Below, in pieces: positions 1-10,899 of a stretch of 64,000 nucleotides of DNA; positions within the stretch are counted from its first letter, which is position 1; each line of letters starts with the position of its first letter. Source of the DNA: Chrysemys picta bellii. Taxonomy: Eukaryota. The notes below the pieces were generated by a model that was given only the letters and a program-made list of their open reading frames with translations, was not told the DNA's origin and made no database searches. Position numbers and translations under genes: made by a program. Where the stretch lies: NCBI RefSeq assembly GCF_011386835.1, contig NC_088792.1, forward strand, positions 50,220,001 to 50,284,000, given 5' to 3'.

Positions 1-46
1 ATTTATTTATTCTATGGCCTGTGTTGTGCAGGAGGACAGACTAGAT

Positions 47-232
47 GGGGGGAGGGGTAGCTCAGTGGTTTGAGCATTGGCCTGCTAAACCCAGGGTTGT
101 GAGATCAATCCTTGAGGGGGGCCATTTAGGGATCGGGGGCAAAAATCTGTCTGGGGATTGGCTCTGCTTTGAGCAGGGGGTTGGACTAGATGACCTCCTG
201 AAATCCCTTCCAACCCTGATATTCTATGATTA
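47..232 (+). mobile_element. tRNA-derived SINE with CR1-like 3' tail (tortoise Pol III/Cry-type SINE)
   Basis: A-box TAGCTCAGTGG, B-box-like GTGAGATCAATCC, then CR1 3' end GGACTAGATGACCTCCTGAAATCCCTTCCAACCCTGATATTCTATGATT. Family name recalled, not searched. Confidence 0.85.
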
Positions 233-2925
233 TAATGGTCTGGCCTTACCCTCTATGAATGTATAATTTTTTTATTAAAATTCATTATTGTCTTTATTTC
301 TTTTCCAATGTAACTTTACCTATTCACTTCCTGACCTGTATGGTACAAAATAATGCTCTTTAGCTTGTTCAGTAAAGTTGCAACATGGCTGTTACTCAAA
401 AAGAAAAAAACATGGGGACAGAATTATCCCTATTTCATTATTTAATGTGTTTTAGTATGTATTTGGCTCTTTTCATATTTTGATGCAACATATTAATAAC
501 ATTACACTATTATGCTCTGCAAGAAAATGAAACCCTTTATGAAAGAAGCATCAGTAGGCAGTGGGTTCAGTGGCAAAGCTTTTAACAGCTGATCTGTGTA
601 ACACTGCAGCTGTATTAGGCTCTATTCTGATCTTATATCTGTGGGTATCGAATGTGACTTAGCTCGTAAAATCATCTCTTCTATGGGAGTGTAGTCATGA
701 TCAAGCTTTCAGTGCTGATGTTTTTGCATCCTTGCTCCTTAGCTTTTATTTCTATTTCCTCCAATCATATATAGTATTTTCAAAGAGGGGAGATTTGTCT
801 TTCAAATAAAAATAAGAATAAATCAATTTCTGTACATGCTTTCAGACAGCTAATTCAAGCTGCTACGTCTTGAGCGCCGGACTCAATTCCTGAGTGCTTT
901 CATAATACTAAAATCAAGGAGAAAATATGCAAAAAATGGATATTAGCGAGTCAGGGTTAAAAGTAGCACAAATAGATTGTGAGCAAAGGCACACTGATCT
1001 ATCATTCAGTATTATCATGAGCTGAGATAGTTTTCCTCGAAAGACTACTGCCAAAGAATACAAACTAAATAAATATTTAACCAAAGTCCAATAATCAAAA
1101 TACATAGAAAAAGAATTATAGTTGTAAGCTCACTTTTTATACGGTAGCTGAATGGCTTGAATACATGGATGTTTTTAAACTTCAGCATATTTTTCCAAAT
1201 ATTCAATGTTTAATTGCCTCCTGCCTTAGCGCCGGATCCAAAGCGGAAGTAGCTGGAAAGCCGCTCATTGACTCCAGTGAGATTTGGATCAGGCAGTAAG
1301 GCTTCACCCTGCACACACTTACACAGGTGATTAACTTTTGTGAAGGTCATCCACATGGGACTCCTACTCACATGCTTGCCCAATTGGGGCCTTGAACATT
1401 AGTACACAGAATATCCTTTTTTTCTCAACTTCCATTGATATTGATAATTGCTTGGGCATATTGAGAGACTGGTTAAGCTATTTGTCATCCAAAAAAATAC
1501 CTGTTAAAGTTCTGCAATCTACTATTTCTAAACTAATGAAATCTACCTTAAGTGTGAATAATATTTGCCACTTAAAAAAAAAAAAAGTAGTAAGCTCTCA
1601 GTTGAGCCTATATCAATTGCATATTGGACACTATAGACTGGATCCATTATGGTCTTACTTTTTCTTAGCCTGCAAAGTGTTCTGAGTTACTGTTTTATGC
1701 ACATTACACGAGGTTTATTATATGCTAGCAGCCAACCTAGTGTTCCATACTGCTTCATGTCTTTAAATAGTTCCTTTTTCAGTACCAAAAGCTGCATTAT
1801 GTCTGTAAACAGTTCCTTTTTCATGCTACCTTCCAGGGAAAGATCGCAAGCTTTAAGACAGCAGCAAATACATGCATGGTTAATTTAGACGCTTGTTGCC
1901 ATTTTCCGGTATTTGAGTCAATAAAAATGTATGTTCAGGAAGTTGTTTTAATTTTTCCATGATTGTATCAATCCCGTTTTGCATTCTCGCTCAGGGACTG
2001 CAATGTTGGATCAAACTGGAAAGGTCTGCAGCATTATTTTGCTAGATCACTAAAACATTCTGTCTGGAAGTTTAGCTGTCTGGATTATATGTTCCTCTTG
2101 GAGCCTAATGTGTGATGTGTCTTCACTAAAATGATTAATACTATTAAATGGAAAAGAACATTGCATGATGACTTTAAAAATCAGATCAGTAAAGCAATAT
2201 TTACTTGGTCTGCTTGAGCAGTTTAACATTTTTATGAGAATGTATTTCTTTTTATTGTAACTTATTTAACATTGAGGAGGGAAACTAAAGTAAGCATAAT
2301 TTATTTAGATTAATACTTCCAATATCAATGAACTTTAGAACAGTAGAATTCTTTACCTAGAGACTGTATTATCATATGCACTTAGGACTACATTTTTAAA
2401 GGTAGTTAGGGGCCTAACTGCCATTGATTTCACCTAATTACCTTTACAAATCTGGGGCCTTGACCCCAATCGTGCATATAATTATACTCAGGAATAGTCT
2501 CATTGACTTCTTTGGATGACTCACCTTTGTAAAATTAAGCATGTGTGTAAACATTTGCAGGACCAAATTTTGCAGCCTTTTCTCAGACAAAAAATTCATT
2601 GATGTCAGTTAGCGCTTTACTCAGGTAAGGACTGGAGAAATGGGCTCTAAATGCAGCAATTATTTCCAACTGATTCTAAAGAGGGAGATGATAAAGTTGT
2701 CCTGAAAACAGGTCACTGCTTTACAACTGCAGAAGTAAACCACAGAGTTCTTTTGCGAGGGCCCCATGCTGCAGTCCTTAATCACACAAAACTCACATTG
2801 ACTCTAGTAGGAATTATACATGAGTCAAGCCTGCAGATTTGGGGCCTGAGATACTATCTTTGCACTGCAAAGTATTCTCTTATTGTGCATACCCACTTCA
2901 CCCTTTCATTTCATTTATTTTCCAG

Positions 2926-3036
2926 CTCGCTGTTCCACACAATGACGAATGGACCCGTTTTGCTCGGACACTGGTTGAAATCCGTGCCAACAGAGCGGAC
3001 AGTGAAGAGGAAGGGACTGTAGAATTGTCTGCCTAG
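2926..3036 (+). CDS. DYNC1I1: Cytoplasmic dynein 1 intermediate chain 1, terminal coding exon ([36 protein letters not shown])
   Basis: Polypyrimidine tract + tccag acceptor at 2921-2925; peptide matches the recalled DYNC1I1 C-terminus (not DYNC1I2); TAG at 3034-3036; tail-to-tail synteny with SLC25A13 as in human. Confidence 0.96.
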   Translation, partial: LAVPHNDEWTRFARTLVEIRANRADSEEEGTVELSA

Positions 3037-3558
3037 AGAAAAGGAGGTTGCCACTGTTTGTCTAGCGCAGCATCTATTCCCTGTTGAGTATGCCAGTTTT
3101 CGGTGTCAAATCAGTATTGCTGTGGCTTTTGATGCCAGTGTCCCTGCCAGCATTGCTTAGAGAGCTCCATGTTAATCACACTGCGCTTTATACAAGGCTG
3201 AGAATCTCCAGAGCTGTTCCATACTTTATATTTCTGTCTGAAACGTAAGAAAGAAAAGACAAATCAAACCTTTATGGGTTTAGCTGTTGCCTTTTAACTA
3301 CTTAGTAGCTTTATTTAATAGCTAGAAACCATGGTTAAACTTGTGCTCACATGCACTTCTGGCATAGTCCTATTAAATCCATATGAAGCCAGATATGATT
3401 ATGTGCAGATGTGGTGTGCTTCATGATATGGGACTGGGCCAAAGACTTTAGATGTGGTGTTTCACATGGTGACTTACATTATGAATGGATGTACTATACA
3501 AAAGTTGCTGCTCCTTATTTATTGCGGTGTGCTGCATGGAACATATTTATTTGAAAGC

Positions 3559-3569
3559 ATTAAAATAAA
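3559..3569 (+). terminator. Candidate proximal poly(A) signal of DYNC1I1 (overlapping ATTAAA/AATAAA)
   Basis: ATTAAAATAAA about 520 nt after the stop, with a TG/T-rich tract downstream; not verified by transcripts. Confidence 0.5.
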
Positions 3570-3824
3570 TGATCCTAAAGCATGTGCATAATGAGAGCAC
3601 TGCATTGTCTCTGTGCTGCTGTAGAGGCTACATTACCATTCAAATACTAAAGATGTAAAATCTATAAATATTTGTTTGAGTGGATGGAATGATTTTTTTA
3701 AAATGCCTATTACTTCTAGGCACTTTAACAATATTTCACGTACAGTTGGTCGTTGATACTTGTCATGGTAACACTAACAGGCTGACAAAGAATTGTGGTT
3801 CCTGAGTATGACACCAATATTGCC

Positions 3825-3830
3825 AATAAA
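3825..3830 (+). terminator. Candidate distal poly(A) signal of DYNC1I1
   Basis: AATAAA about 790 nt after the stop. Confidence 0.35.
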
Positions 3831-4059
3831 CTTATTCTGGAGCAATGTGGTTAATCCTTTTGGGCCAGCAGTACTCAGCATGACTTCCACGACCTCCATG
3901 ACAAAATCGTAGCCTTAATCATGGCAGAGTAGGTGGTGGTAAAGGTTGATATTTCAGTGCCTAGATGGGCACATTATAAACACTTCAGAGCATGTTAAAC
4001 ATGGGACCTTGGCTATGCACTGGGAACATGTGACTTCCAAGAATTGCAGAATGCTCATA

Positions 4060-4250
4060 CAACTGCTATGGCAACCTTTGGCACGCGGCTCGCTAGGGTA
4101 AGCCCCCTGGTGGGCCGGGCCATTTTGTTTACCTGCCGTGTCTGCAAGTTTGGCCAATCGCAGCTCCCACTGGCCGCGGTTTGCCGTCCCAGGCCAATGG
4201 GGCTGCGGGAAGCGGCTTGGGCTGAGGGATGTGCTGGCCACCGCTTCCCT
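4060..4250 (+). mobile_element. Truncated hAT (Charlie-type) MITE, left end only
   Basis: GGCAACCTTTGGCACGCGGCTCGC start resembles the CAGGGGTCGGCAACCTTT terminus of the MITE at 20956; GC-rich; no right TIR. Confidence 0.6.
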
Positions 4251-4281
4251 GCATGGTAGAAGGCTTCTCTAGTCCTATTAA

Positions 4282-5004
4282 TAGGGCCCTACCAAAGTCA
4301 AGGTCAAGTTTGCTCAATTTCACAATCACAGGTTTTAAAAAATAATAAATTTAATTATTTCAGCTATTTAAATCTGAAAGTTCGGTGTTGTAATTGTAGG
4401 GATCCTGACCCAAAAAGAAGTTGTGTGTGTGGGGGGGGAGGGTTCGCAAAGTTATTGTAGGGAGGAGGTTGTGCTACTGCTACGCTTACTTCTGCACTGC
4501 TGCTGGGGGCGGCGCTGCCTTCAGAGCTGGGCAGCTGGAGAGTGGCGCCTGCTGGCCAGGAGCCCAGCAGAAGTAAGAATAGCATAGCATGGTATTGCCA
4601 TGCCTACTTCTGCGCTGCTGCCTGCAGAGCTGGGCCCTCAGTCAGCAGCCGCCACTCTCTGGCCGCCCAGCTCTGCAGGCAGCAGCACAGAAATAAGTGT
4701 GGCAGTACCATGCCATGCCATCCTTACTTCTGTGCTGCTGCTGGCAGGGCGCTGCCTTCAGAGCTGGATGCCCAGCCAACAGCCACCGCTTTTCCAGCTG
4801 CCCAGCTCTGAAGGCAGTGCAGAAGTCACGGTGGCAATACCACAATCCTCCAACATAACCTTGTGAACTCTCTTTTGGGTCAAGACCCCCAATTTGACTG
4901 GTCTCCCCCATGAAATCTGTATAGTATAGGGTAAACGCACAGTAAAGACCAGATTTCACGGCCCATGACGTGTTTTTCATGGCTGTGAATTTGGTAGGGC
5001 CCTA
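4282..5004. mobile_element. Non-autonomous hAT MITE
   Basis: 15-bp perfect TIRs TAGGGCCCTACCAAA / TTTGGTAGGGCCCTA; 8-bp TSD cctattaa / cctattag (1 mismatch); internal direct and inverted repeats. Confidence 0.9.
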
Positions 5005-5998
5005 CCTATTAGATGGCCACTACACATGCAGCTATCTGCAGTACTTGCTAACCAAATAGACAAACTGGTCCTGCCCAACAGAGCAGCAGACAGCACTTCA
5101 GAGTTTGACATCTTCACTCCCCCCCGTTCCAATCTATGGAATCCTGCCCTGAGTGGCAAACATCCTTTTGCAGAAGATGCACTAGACATCGAATGTAATT
5201 GCACTGGTAAGTCAGAGAGAGAACATCTAAATGATGCCCCTTGCAGGCCCAACTGAGTACACAAAATTGGAAAACAAGGGTGAGGTCTATTGGGCTTCCA
5301 ATTGAAAGTCCAATAAATCCAGCATTCTAGGCACTGTGTTGCCTCTAACTCTCCTACCAGTGAGCTCAGGTTTAGGGGGAGGGGAGGTGTTTTTCTGAAT
5401 ATGTTGTTCCATTATTTCCAATCATAGCTGAAAAAACTTAACTTCCACAGTGTATGAGGGAGACTAGCCAGTTCTTGCAGTGCATTGTAAACTGCTGGCA
5501 AATTTGCCTCTACTTTTTCCATATTACCTTTCAGTTCTGAAACCTCAGGGGAAAATGCTGCATGTTTTACCTCCCAATCTCTCGCTCCTTCGTGGCTTTA
5601 CTAGCTTGTAAAACAGTTTTAAGAGAAACCTCAGAAGACTCTTCAGGATTCACTGCTGTGCACACAGGACAATGCCCACTTAGCACAGAACACCGCTCCT
5701 CCCAACCCCCTGGCGGCAGGCCTAGATCACAGAGAAGATGCTGGTGATGGTTTTCCCAAGAGTGATCTTTTTTCTTTGGGGACACCCGGGTAAAAAAAGA
5801 CGCTCAGCACAGGAGCGTCAAACAGAAGAGGTCCAGGCACAAGGTCAGGGTAGAACATAATAAGGTTGAGACTAAAATATTGCAGCTCAGTCTCGGAAGA
5901 ATAAGGTTCTGCTATGGAGTAAAGCAACTGTTTGTGCATTCACTCCACCTCTCATGGAAAGGCCTGCTGCATGGGGTTCTTTCCTGGCTATCCATGGT

Positions 5999-6474
5999 TA
6001 AAGCTTCGAGTCAGTCATGGAAGTCACGGATTTCATGACTTTCCATGACCTCGTGACGTTGGGGCCCCACAGCAGCAGACCCTCCCTCCCCCAGCCCTGC
6101 AGGCGGTGGGGGATCCCCCAGAGTTCCTCAGAGGGTGGCAGGGGACCCTGCAGTTCCCAGTCACCGTAGGTGGCGTGGGACCCCCAACCAGCTCCCACCT
6201 CTACAGGGTGATGGGGGATCCCTGCCAGCTCCTAGCCCCGTGGTCAGGGGTCCCTTCCAGCTCCTAGCCACTGGGCATGGGCAAGGAGGAGGGCATAGCT
6301 TCCTGACATTGCATACAGTGGGGCAGGGTACTGGACCCTCCTCCCTCCCCATTTTGTCAGGGAGGTTTTTAGTAAAAGTCAGGGACAGGTAATGGCTTCC
6401 GTGAATTTTTGTTTATTGCCCGTGACCTGTCCATGACTTCTACTAAAAATATCCCTGACAAAATCTTAGCCTTA
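5999..6474 (+). mobile_element. Non-autonomous hAT MITE (TAAGGCT-type ends), copy A
   Basis: 8-bp TSD tccatggt / tccatggc; right end GACAAAATCTTAGCCTTA; reverse-complement homologue at 7869-8463. Confidence 0.85.
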
Positions 6475-6739
6475 TCCATGGCTGATAACCTTCTGACACC
6501 TCATACAATCCATGTCCGAACAAGTGTCTCCTTTTCACTAGCTTCCCAAATGTGCCCATGTGTTCCCACGTTTGCTCAGGATCCCACTGAACACAAAACT
6601 CCACTTGTTTCATAAAAATGAAGCCACCCCTTCCACTCCCAACATGCACCTTCCACCAACAGCCATCCTCAGACACGATGGGTAAAACAAACATTTGTGG
6701 GTCACTGCATGGTTGGCATTTGAACAGCAATTAGGCAAT

Positions 6740-7430
6740 ACAGTACTGACTAAGTCTGATTTCATTTGTAATCTTTCCTTTTCCCTCTACATTTGTACAG
6801 CCCTGAACACACACTGGTCAAGAATGAGCAAGAAAATAGCATCTATATGCAATGGCTGCAAACCATTGTTAGTGGGTCCATTTCTTCAGGTATTACAATG
6901 GAAACAAGCCTGGAGAGCACAGCAGCCTTTTAAACCGATCCAGAGAGGGCACTGAAAACGTAAGGATAGCATGGAAAAAAGAACATAGATGATTGTTAGA
7001 GAAGCAGACACTTGGGATATTAAGGCTGGCATCGGGAGGGGGGGGGAATGTGACAAGTTTTGTGAAAGGAGGGGCAGACTTATGAAGAGATTTAGAGGTG
7101 GGGAGGGAGGGGGGGGAAAGAGGCTTCAGTTTGGTGTGTTGAGGAAGAGGGAGCCAGTGAAGGTATTTAGGACCAGACCTTCAAAAGGTATTTAAGCACC
7201 TAACTCCCACTGATTTCAATACCTAAATATCTTTGAGGATCTGGGCCTTACTTGCTGATCCTGCACTCATTGAAGTCGATGGCAAAAGCTTCTTTTTTTA
7301 CTTCAGAGATGCAGGATCAAGACCTTAATGAGGAAGAGACCTTGGTAAGGGCAGTTTCAGCAGAGCAGAAGCCAGAGAGGAGGGAATCCATTGTGGAGTT
7401 GGAGGAAAGGAATTCAAGGCAATAGCTGTA
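6740..7430 (-). mobile_element. Degenerate L2 LINE fragment, interrupted by short palindromic repeats at about 7170-7330
   Basis: Purine-rich text such as GACCTTGGTAAGGGCAGTTTCAGCAGAG...GGAGGAAAGGAATTCAAGGCAATAGCTGTAAA resembles antisense L2 ORF2 as recalled; boundaries approximate. Confidence 0.55.
7170..7247. repeat. Short degenerate palindromic MITE-like repeat (similar copies near 1230-1295, 2385-2460, 2760-2850, 8590-8760, 14340-14545)
   Basis: GGACCAGACCTTCAAAAGGTATTTA...TAAATATCTTTGAGGATCTGGGCC is an imperfect inverted repeat around a CACTGATTTCAAT core seen repeatedly in the window. Confidence 0.6.
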
Positions 7431-7489
7431 AATGATAATAGGGTTTACATCTCTTGCCACCAAAATGCAGCCTCCTCTGGAGCAAAATG

Positions 7490-7690
7490 GAGTAGCTGTT
7501 TAAAAGTGCACAATGCTAAACAGGAATATGAAGAGATCTGCCAAGGTAATGTAATTAGCTAAGCTGGAACTTGGCCAGGACATACTGTTTAACGCTCCTA
7601 TTCTTTACAAAATGCACAAGGGGATTTTAATGATTTCAAGTGACCAGGCCCTCTGCTTCAAGGCTCATCCAGAACATGTAAATGATATAA
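7490..7690 (-). mobile_element. AmnSINE1/DeuSINE-like Deu-domain relic
   Basis: Reverse complement reads ...GGATGAGCCTTGAAGCAGAGGGCCTGGTCACTTGAAATCATTAAAATCCC...TGTCCTGGCCAAGTTCCAGC, resembling the Deu domain as recalled. Confidence 0.6.
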
Positions 7691-7868
7691 TGGCAGCTGG
7701 GCAAAGAAAGTGCTTAGCAGATCCGACTAAATAGCTTGTCATCGGTTTGAAGGCACTTTTGGCAGCTCCAGGTACAATGTGAAAGACTTGAAAATTTAGT
7801 CTTTAATTTAGCCTCTGAGATGTAGGCTCCATGTATTCATCTAAAGCTCTTATTTAAATGAGGATAAT

Positions 7869-8463
7869 CAAGGCTAATGCTAAGATTTTGTCACAGATAT
7901 TTTTAATAAAAGTCATGGGCAATAAAGCAAAATTCACAGAAGCCTGTGACTGTCCCTAACTTTTACTAAAAATATCCGTGACAAAATGGGGAGCCACTGG
8001 GAGCTCCGGGGGCCCCCACCATCTGTGGGGTCCCCCTCCCACGTCTCTTGAGCACCAGGGTTCCCTTCCCACCATGGCTCTGAGCTGCAGGGTTCCCCCT
8101 CCCGCCCGCAGCAGTGAGGAGCTCCACCCCGGCTGCGAGGACCAGCGGGGTACATCCGCTGCCCTGGGCAGGCAGGAGTTGGGGGGAGCTGCTGGGGGCC
8201 TCTGCCACCTGTGGGCAGCGGGGATCCCTCAAACCCCTCCCCCCCAGTGGCTGGGAGCTGTAGGGTACCCCCACCGTCTGCAGTGGCTCAGCGCTCGGGG
8301 CCCCCACCATCTCAGGTGGTGGGGGTATCCTGCAGCTCCTGCCAGCCACCGGCAAGGGCTGGACCCTACAGCTCCCAGCCGCATGTGGGCTGATGTCATG
8401 GAGATCTTTGGAAGTCACGGATTTCGTGACTTCCACGACCTCCATGACAAAATCATAGCCTTA
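7869..8463 (-). mobile_element. Non-autonomous hAT MITE (TAAGGCT-type ends), copy B, inverted relative to copy A
   Basis: Left about 120 bp is the reverse complement of the right end of 5999-6474; right end GACAAAATCATAGCCTTA; TSD not intact. Confidence 0.8.
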
Positions 8464-10681
8464 ATCATGCAGAATAGGTGGCGGTAGAGGTTGATATTTC
8501 AGTGTCTAGATGGGCACATTATAAACACTTCAGAGGTTTTTTCAGGGGATGCAGCAGTGTTCCCCTTGCACATTCCAGGGCAAGGACTCGGTGTCTGTTT
8601 TCAAAGTGAGTCTTTATTTTGGATGCCCAACGTGAGACACCTCACAGGGGTCTGATTTTCACAGGAGCGGTGCTCAGCACTATCTGAAAATCAGGCTCCC
8701 ATTAAGGTGCCTTAAGGTAGGTACCCCCAAAATTACTCTGCTGAAAATTTAGTTCCTCGTCGTAAACTGCGAACGAATGTCACAAATTATTCATGTTACC
8801 TGTGCTGGCGAAACGGCATTTGTAGAGTTAGGGGCACACTGTGACAGGTGGATGTTCTTTGGCATGAGAGAGATGAGAACTGCAATTTTCATAGTTACAG
8901 ATGTCTGTCAATAGGGTTAAGAGTGATTTTCTGTCAAGACCCTAAGCAGGGTTAATTCTCTGGTAATACAACTATGTTATAATCTACTGTGTTATGCACA
9001 CAATGAATCCCCATCACTTGGTTTGGGGGAGGGAAAAAAAGAAAAATCAGACAACTCTTTAATACATAACCAAAGCAGCTGGGATGAACTTTGCGAGCAG
9101 CTGAATTGCTTCCTAATGCTATGAGGAACAGGGCATATAATTGCAAAAAGCCACTAACATGCATCTTAAAATATCTCCTCTTGCCGAACAGGAACATGTA
9201 AAAGCCTTTGCCGAATGCCTCCATCAGCCGCTGCCACTATTCACATGCTGCCTTTTGGATAATAAATAGGAATACAGTGCATCATGTGTAGTTACAAATG
9301 CAATTTGCTCAAATGCTTTTTACTGGGTATTTGCTGCATTTCAAACTCACCAGAGAGTTATAAAATGCAAGTGTCTTGAGGTTTAGATATTCTAAACCAT
9401 TAAATAATGTATGGATAATCATTAGATTTAAATATTGTTTTCTAGTCTAAGCAATGCTAATAAATATTTCAACAAAAAAAACTGAAGCTTGAAATTCACA
9501 ATAACTGTTTCAATTTCTCCCCCTAACAGTCAGTTGCTGGAATTAGTCAGCACTGAAGAACTAAGAAGGTAGGAACACACCAGAAGTGATGTTATAGGTG
9601 GGTACATGAAGACAAAAAGGCCATCTATCCCTAAGAAAGCTGTAGAGTGGTTTAATGGTTTTCATATTTTTAGGTTTAGGAAAATTTGCCTAAGTTATTT
9701 TTGAAGCTTGTGGTATGTTTGCTCGCAAAAGAAGTTGCAGCAAATTGTAAATATTAAGCTATCAAACTCAAAAACTCCAGAGTCACCTGACCAAAAATAT
9801 ATATGCCCTAGCTATGGTGTAAGGAGATAGCAAGGGTACGGATTTAACACTTCAGAAACACTTCAACATGCTAATATATGGAGGCTTACCAATTCTTGAA
9901 CAAAATTTTACAACAGATTACTCAACAGAACTGCAAGATGCAAATAAACTGAGGTTACATCCCACCTTACCTCTCCCACACTGCAAAACTTATCCATAAA
10001 CCAGAAGAGTGCAAACATCTGAAAGCTTTTTTTTAAAAAGATAAAGCAAAGAGCAAAATCTTACAAGATCTGAGCCAGTAAGTTTGTCAGCCTAAGGAGC
10101 GTACCATGTGTCTCCATACAGCACCAAAGGCAAGAATGTGTCATACAGCCTCACACATGTTGATCCTGACTAGAGTCTTTGGATACTACCACAACATTCA
10201 TGTGTTTTTTTTTAAATCCCCTCATCATCTGTAAGAGCAGTTAGGGGCAGAGGGATATTTTGTATGTGGCTTTGCTAAGAATTTTTGGTTGAAACTGTGA
10301 TAGCTCAATATCCACACTACCAACAAAGAAATAAATCAGGGAGGGGATTGACACCATCACAAATCAGTCTAGTTTGCTATTACCTGATGCTATCAGAGCC
10401 ATATGTGGGGGTTCAGAGCCTTACATGGTACATGTAGTATCGTGCAATATATCTGAGGTGGAAGCATGTAGTTAAGAACTATTGCCCCATGGACGGAGAA
10501 AGCAGCCAGCAGTGGAATATGTTACCAGAAGCTATGGCAAAGGTTTAGAAAAAGATATACAAATAGCACTAAAACCAAATGGCTTGAAGTTCTGAAGTGT
10601 TGACTATTGGCAGCTGCCATTATAAGTATATTCTTTGGCTTTTTTGTATAAAACTGTAGTTTGGGAGTCATGGGGGAATGG

Positions 10682-10899
10682 AGCAACAGAGGGTCCTGTG
10701 GCACCTTTGAGACTAACAGAAGTATTGGGAGCATAAGCTTTCGTGGGTAAGAACCTCACTTCTTCAGCCTTGCATCTGAAGAAGTGAGGTTCTTACCCAC
10801 GAAAGCTTATGCTCCCAATACTTCTGTTAGTCTCAAAGGTGCCACAGGACCCTCTGTTGCTTTTTACAGATTCAGACTAACACGGCTACCCCTCTGATA
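10682..10899 (+). mobile_element. Penelope-like non-autonomous hairpin element, copy 1
   Basis: Perfect 86-bp inverted repeat (10682-10767 / 10776-10861), 8-nt spacer CCTTGCAT, 3' tail TACAGATTCAGACTAACACGGCTACCCCTCTGATAC; 15-bp direct repeat catgggggaatggag at 10669-10683 and 10900-10914. Confidence 0.85.
10772..10812 (+). ncRNA. Minimal type I hammerhead ribozyme motif (PLE-type), copy 1
   Basis: GCAU-CUGAAGA-A-[GUGAGGU uucu.. ACCCAC]-GAAA-GC-UU-AUGC: core boxes, 6-bp stem II with an A bulge and UCUU loop, 4-bp stem I GCAU/AUGC, palindromic AAGCUU in place of stem III. Activity not shown. Confidence 0.65.

Noticed and set aside
47-130. Possible tRNA genes at 47-130 and 13755-13830
   Set aside because: The A/B boxes belong to SINE heads that continue into CR1-like tails; no complete cloverleaf.
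1-2925. DYNC1I1 penultimate exon
   Set aside because: No WD40-repeat peptide found; the region is treated as the last intron.
4364-5264. Cluster of 60-112 aa ORFs
   Set aside because: They overlap the GC-rich interior of the hAT MITE 4282-5004 and adjacent DNA; no splice or domain support.
7934-8487. 159-169 aa ORFs as a possible transposase
   Set aside because: Low-complexity MITE interior; no DDE or hAT dimerisation motifs.
10682-10861. Hairpins as pre-miRNA genes or CRISPR-like repeats
   Set aside because: They have TSDs, a shared retroelement tail and dispersed copies; no repeat-spacer array exists and the DNA is eukaryotic.
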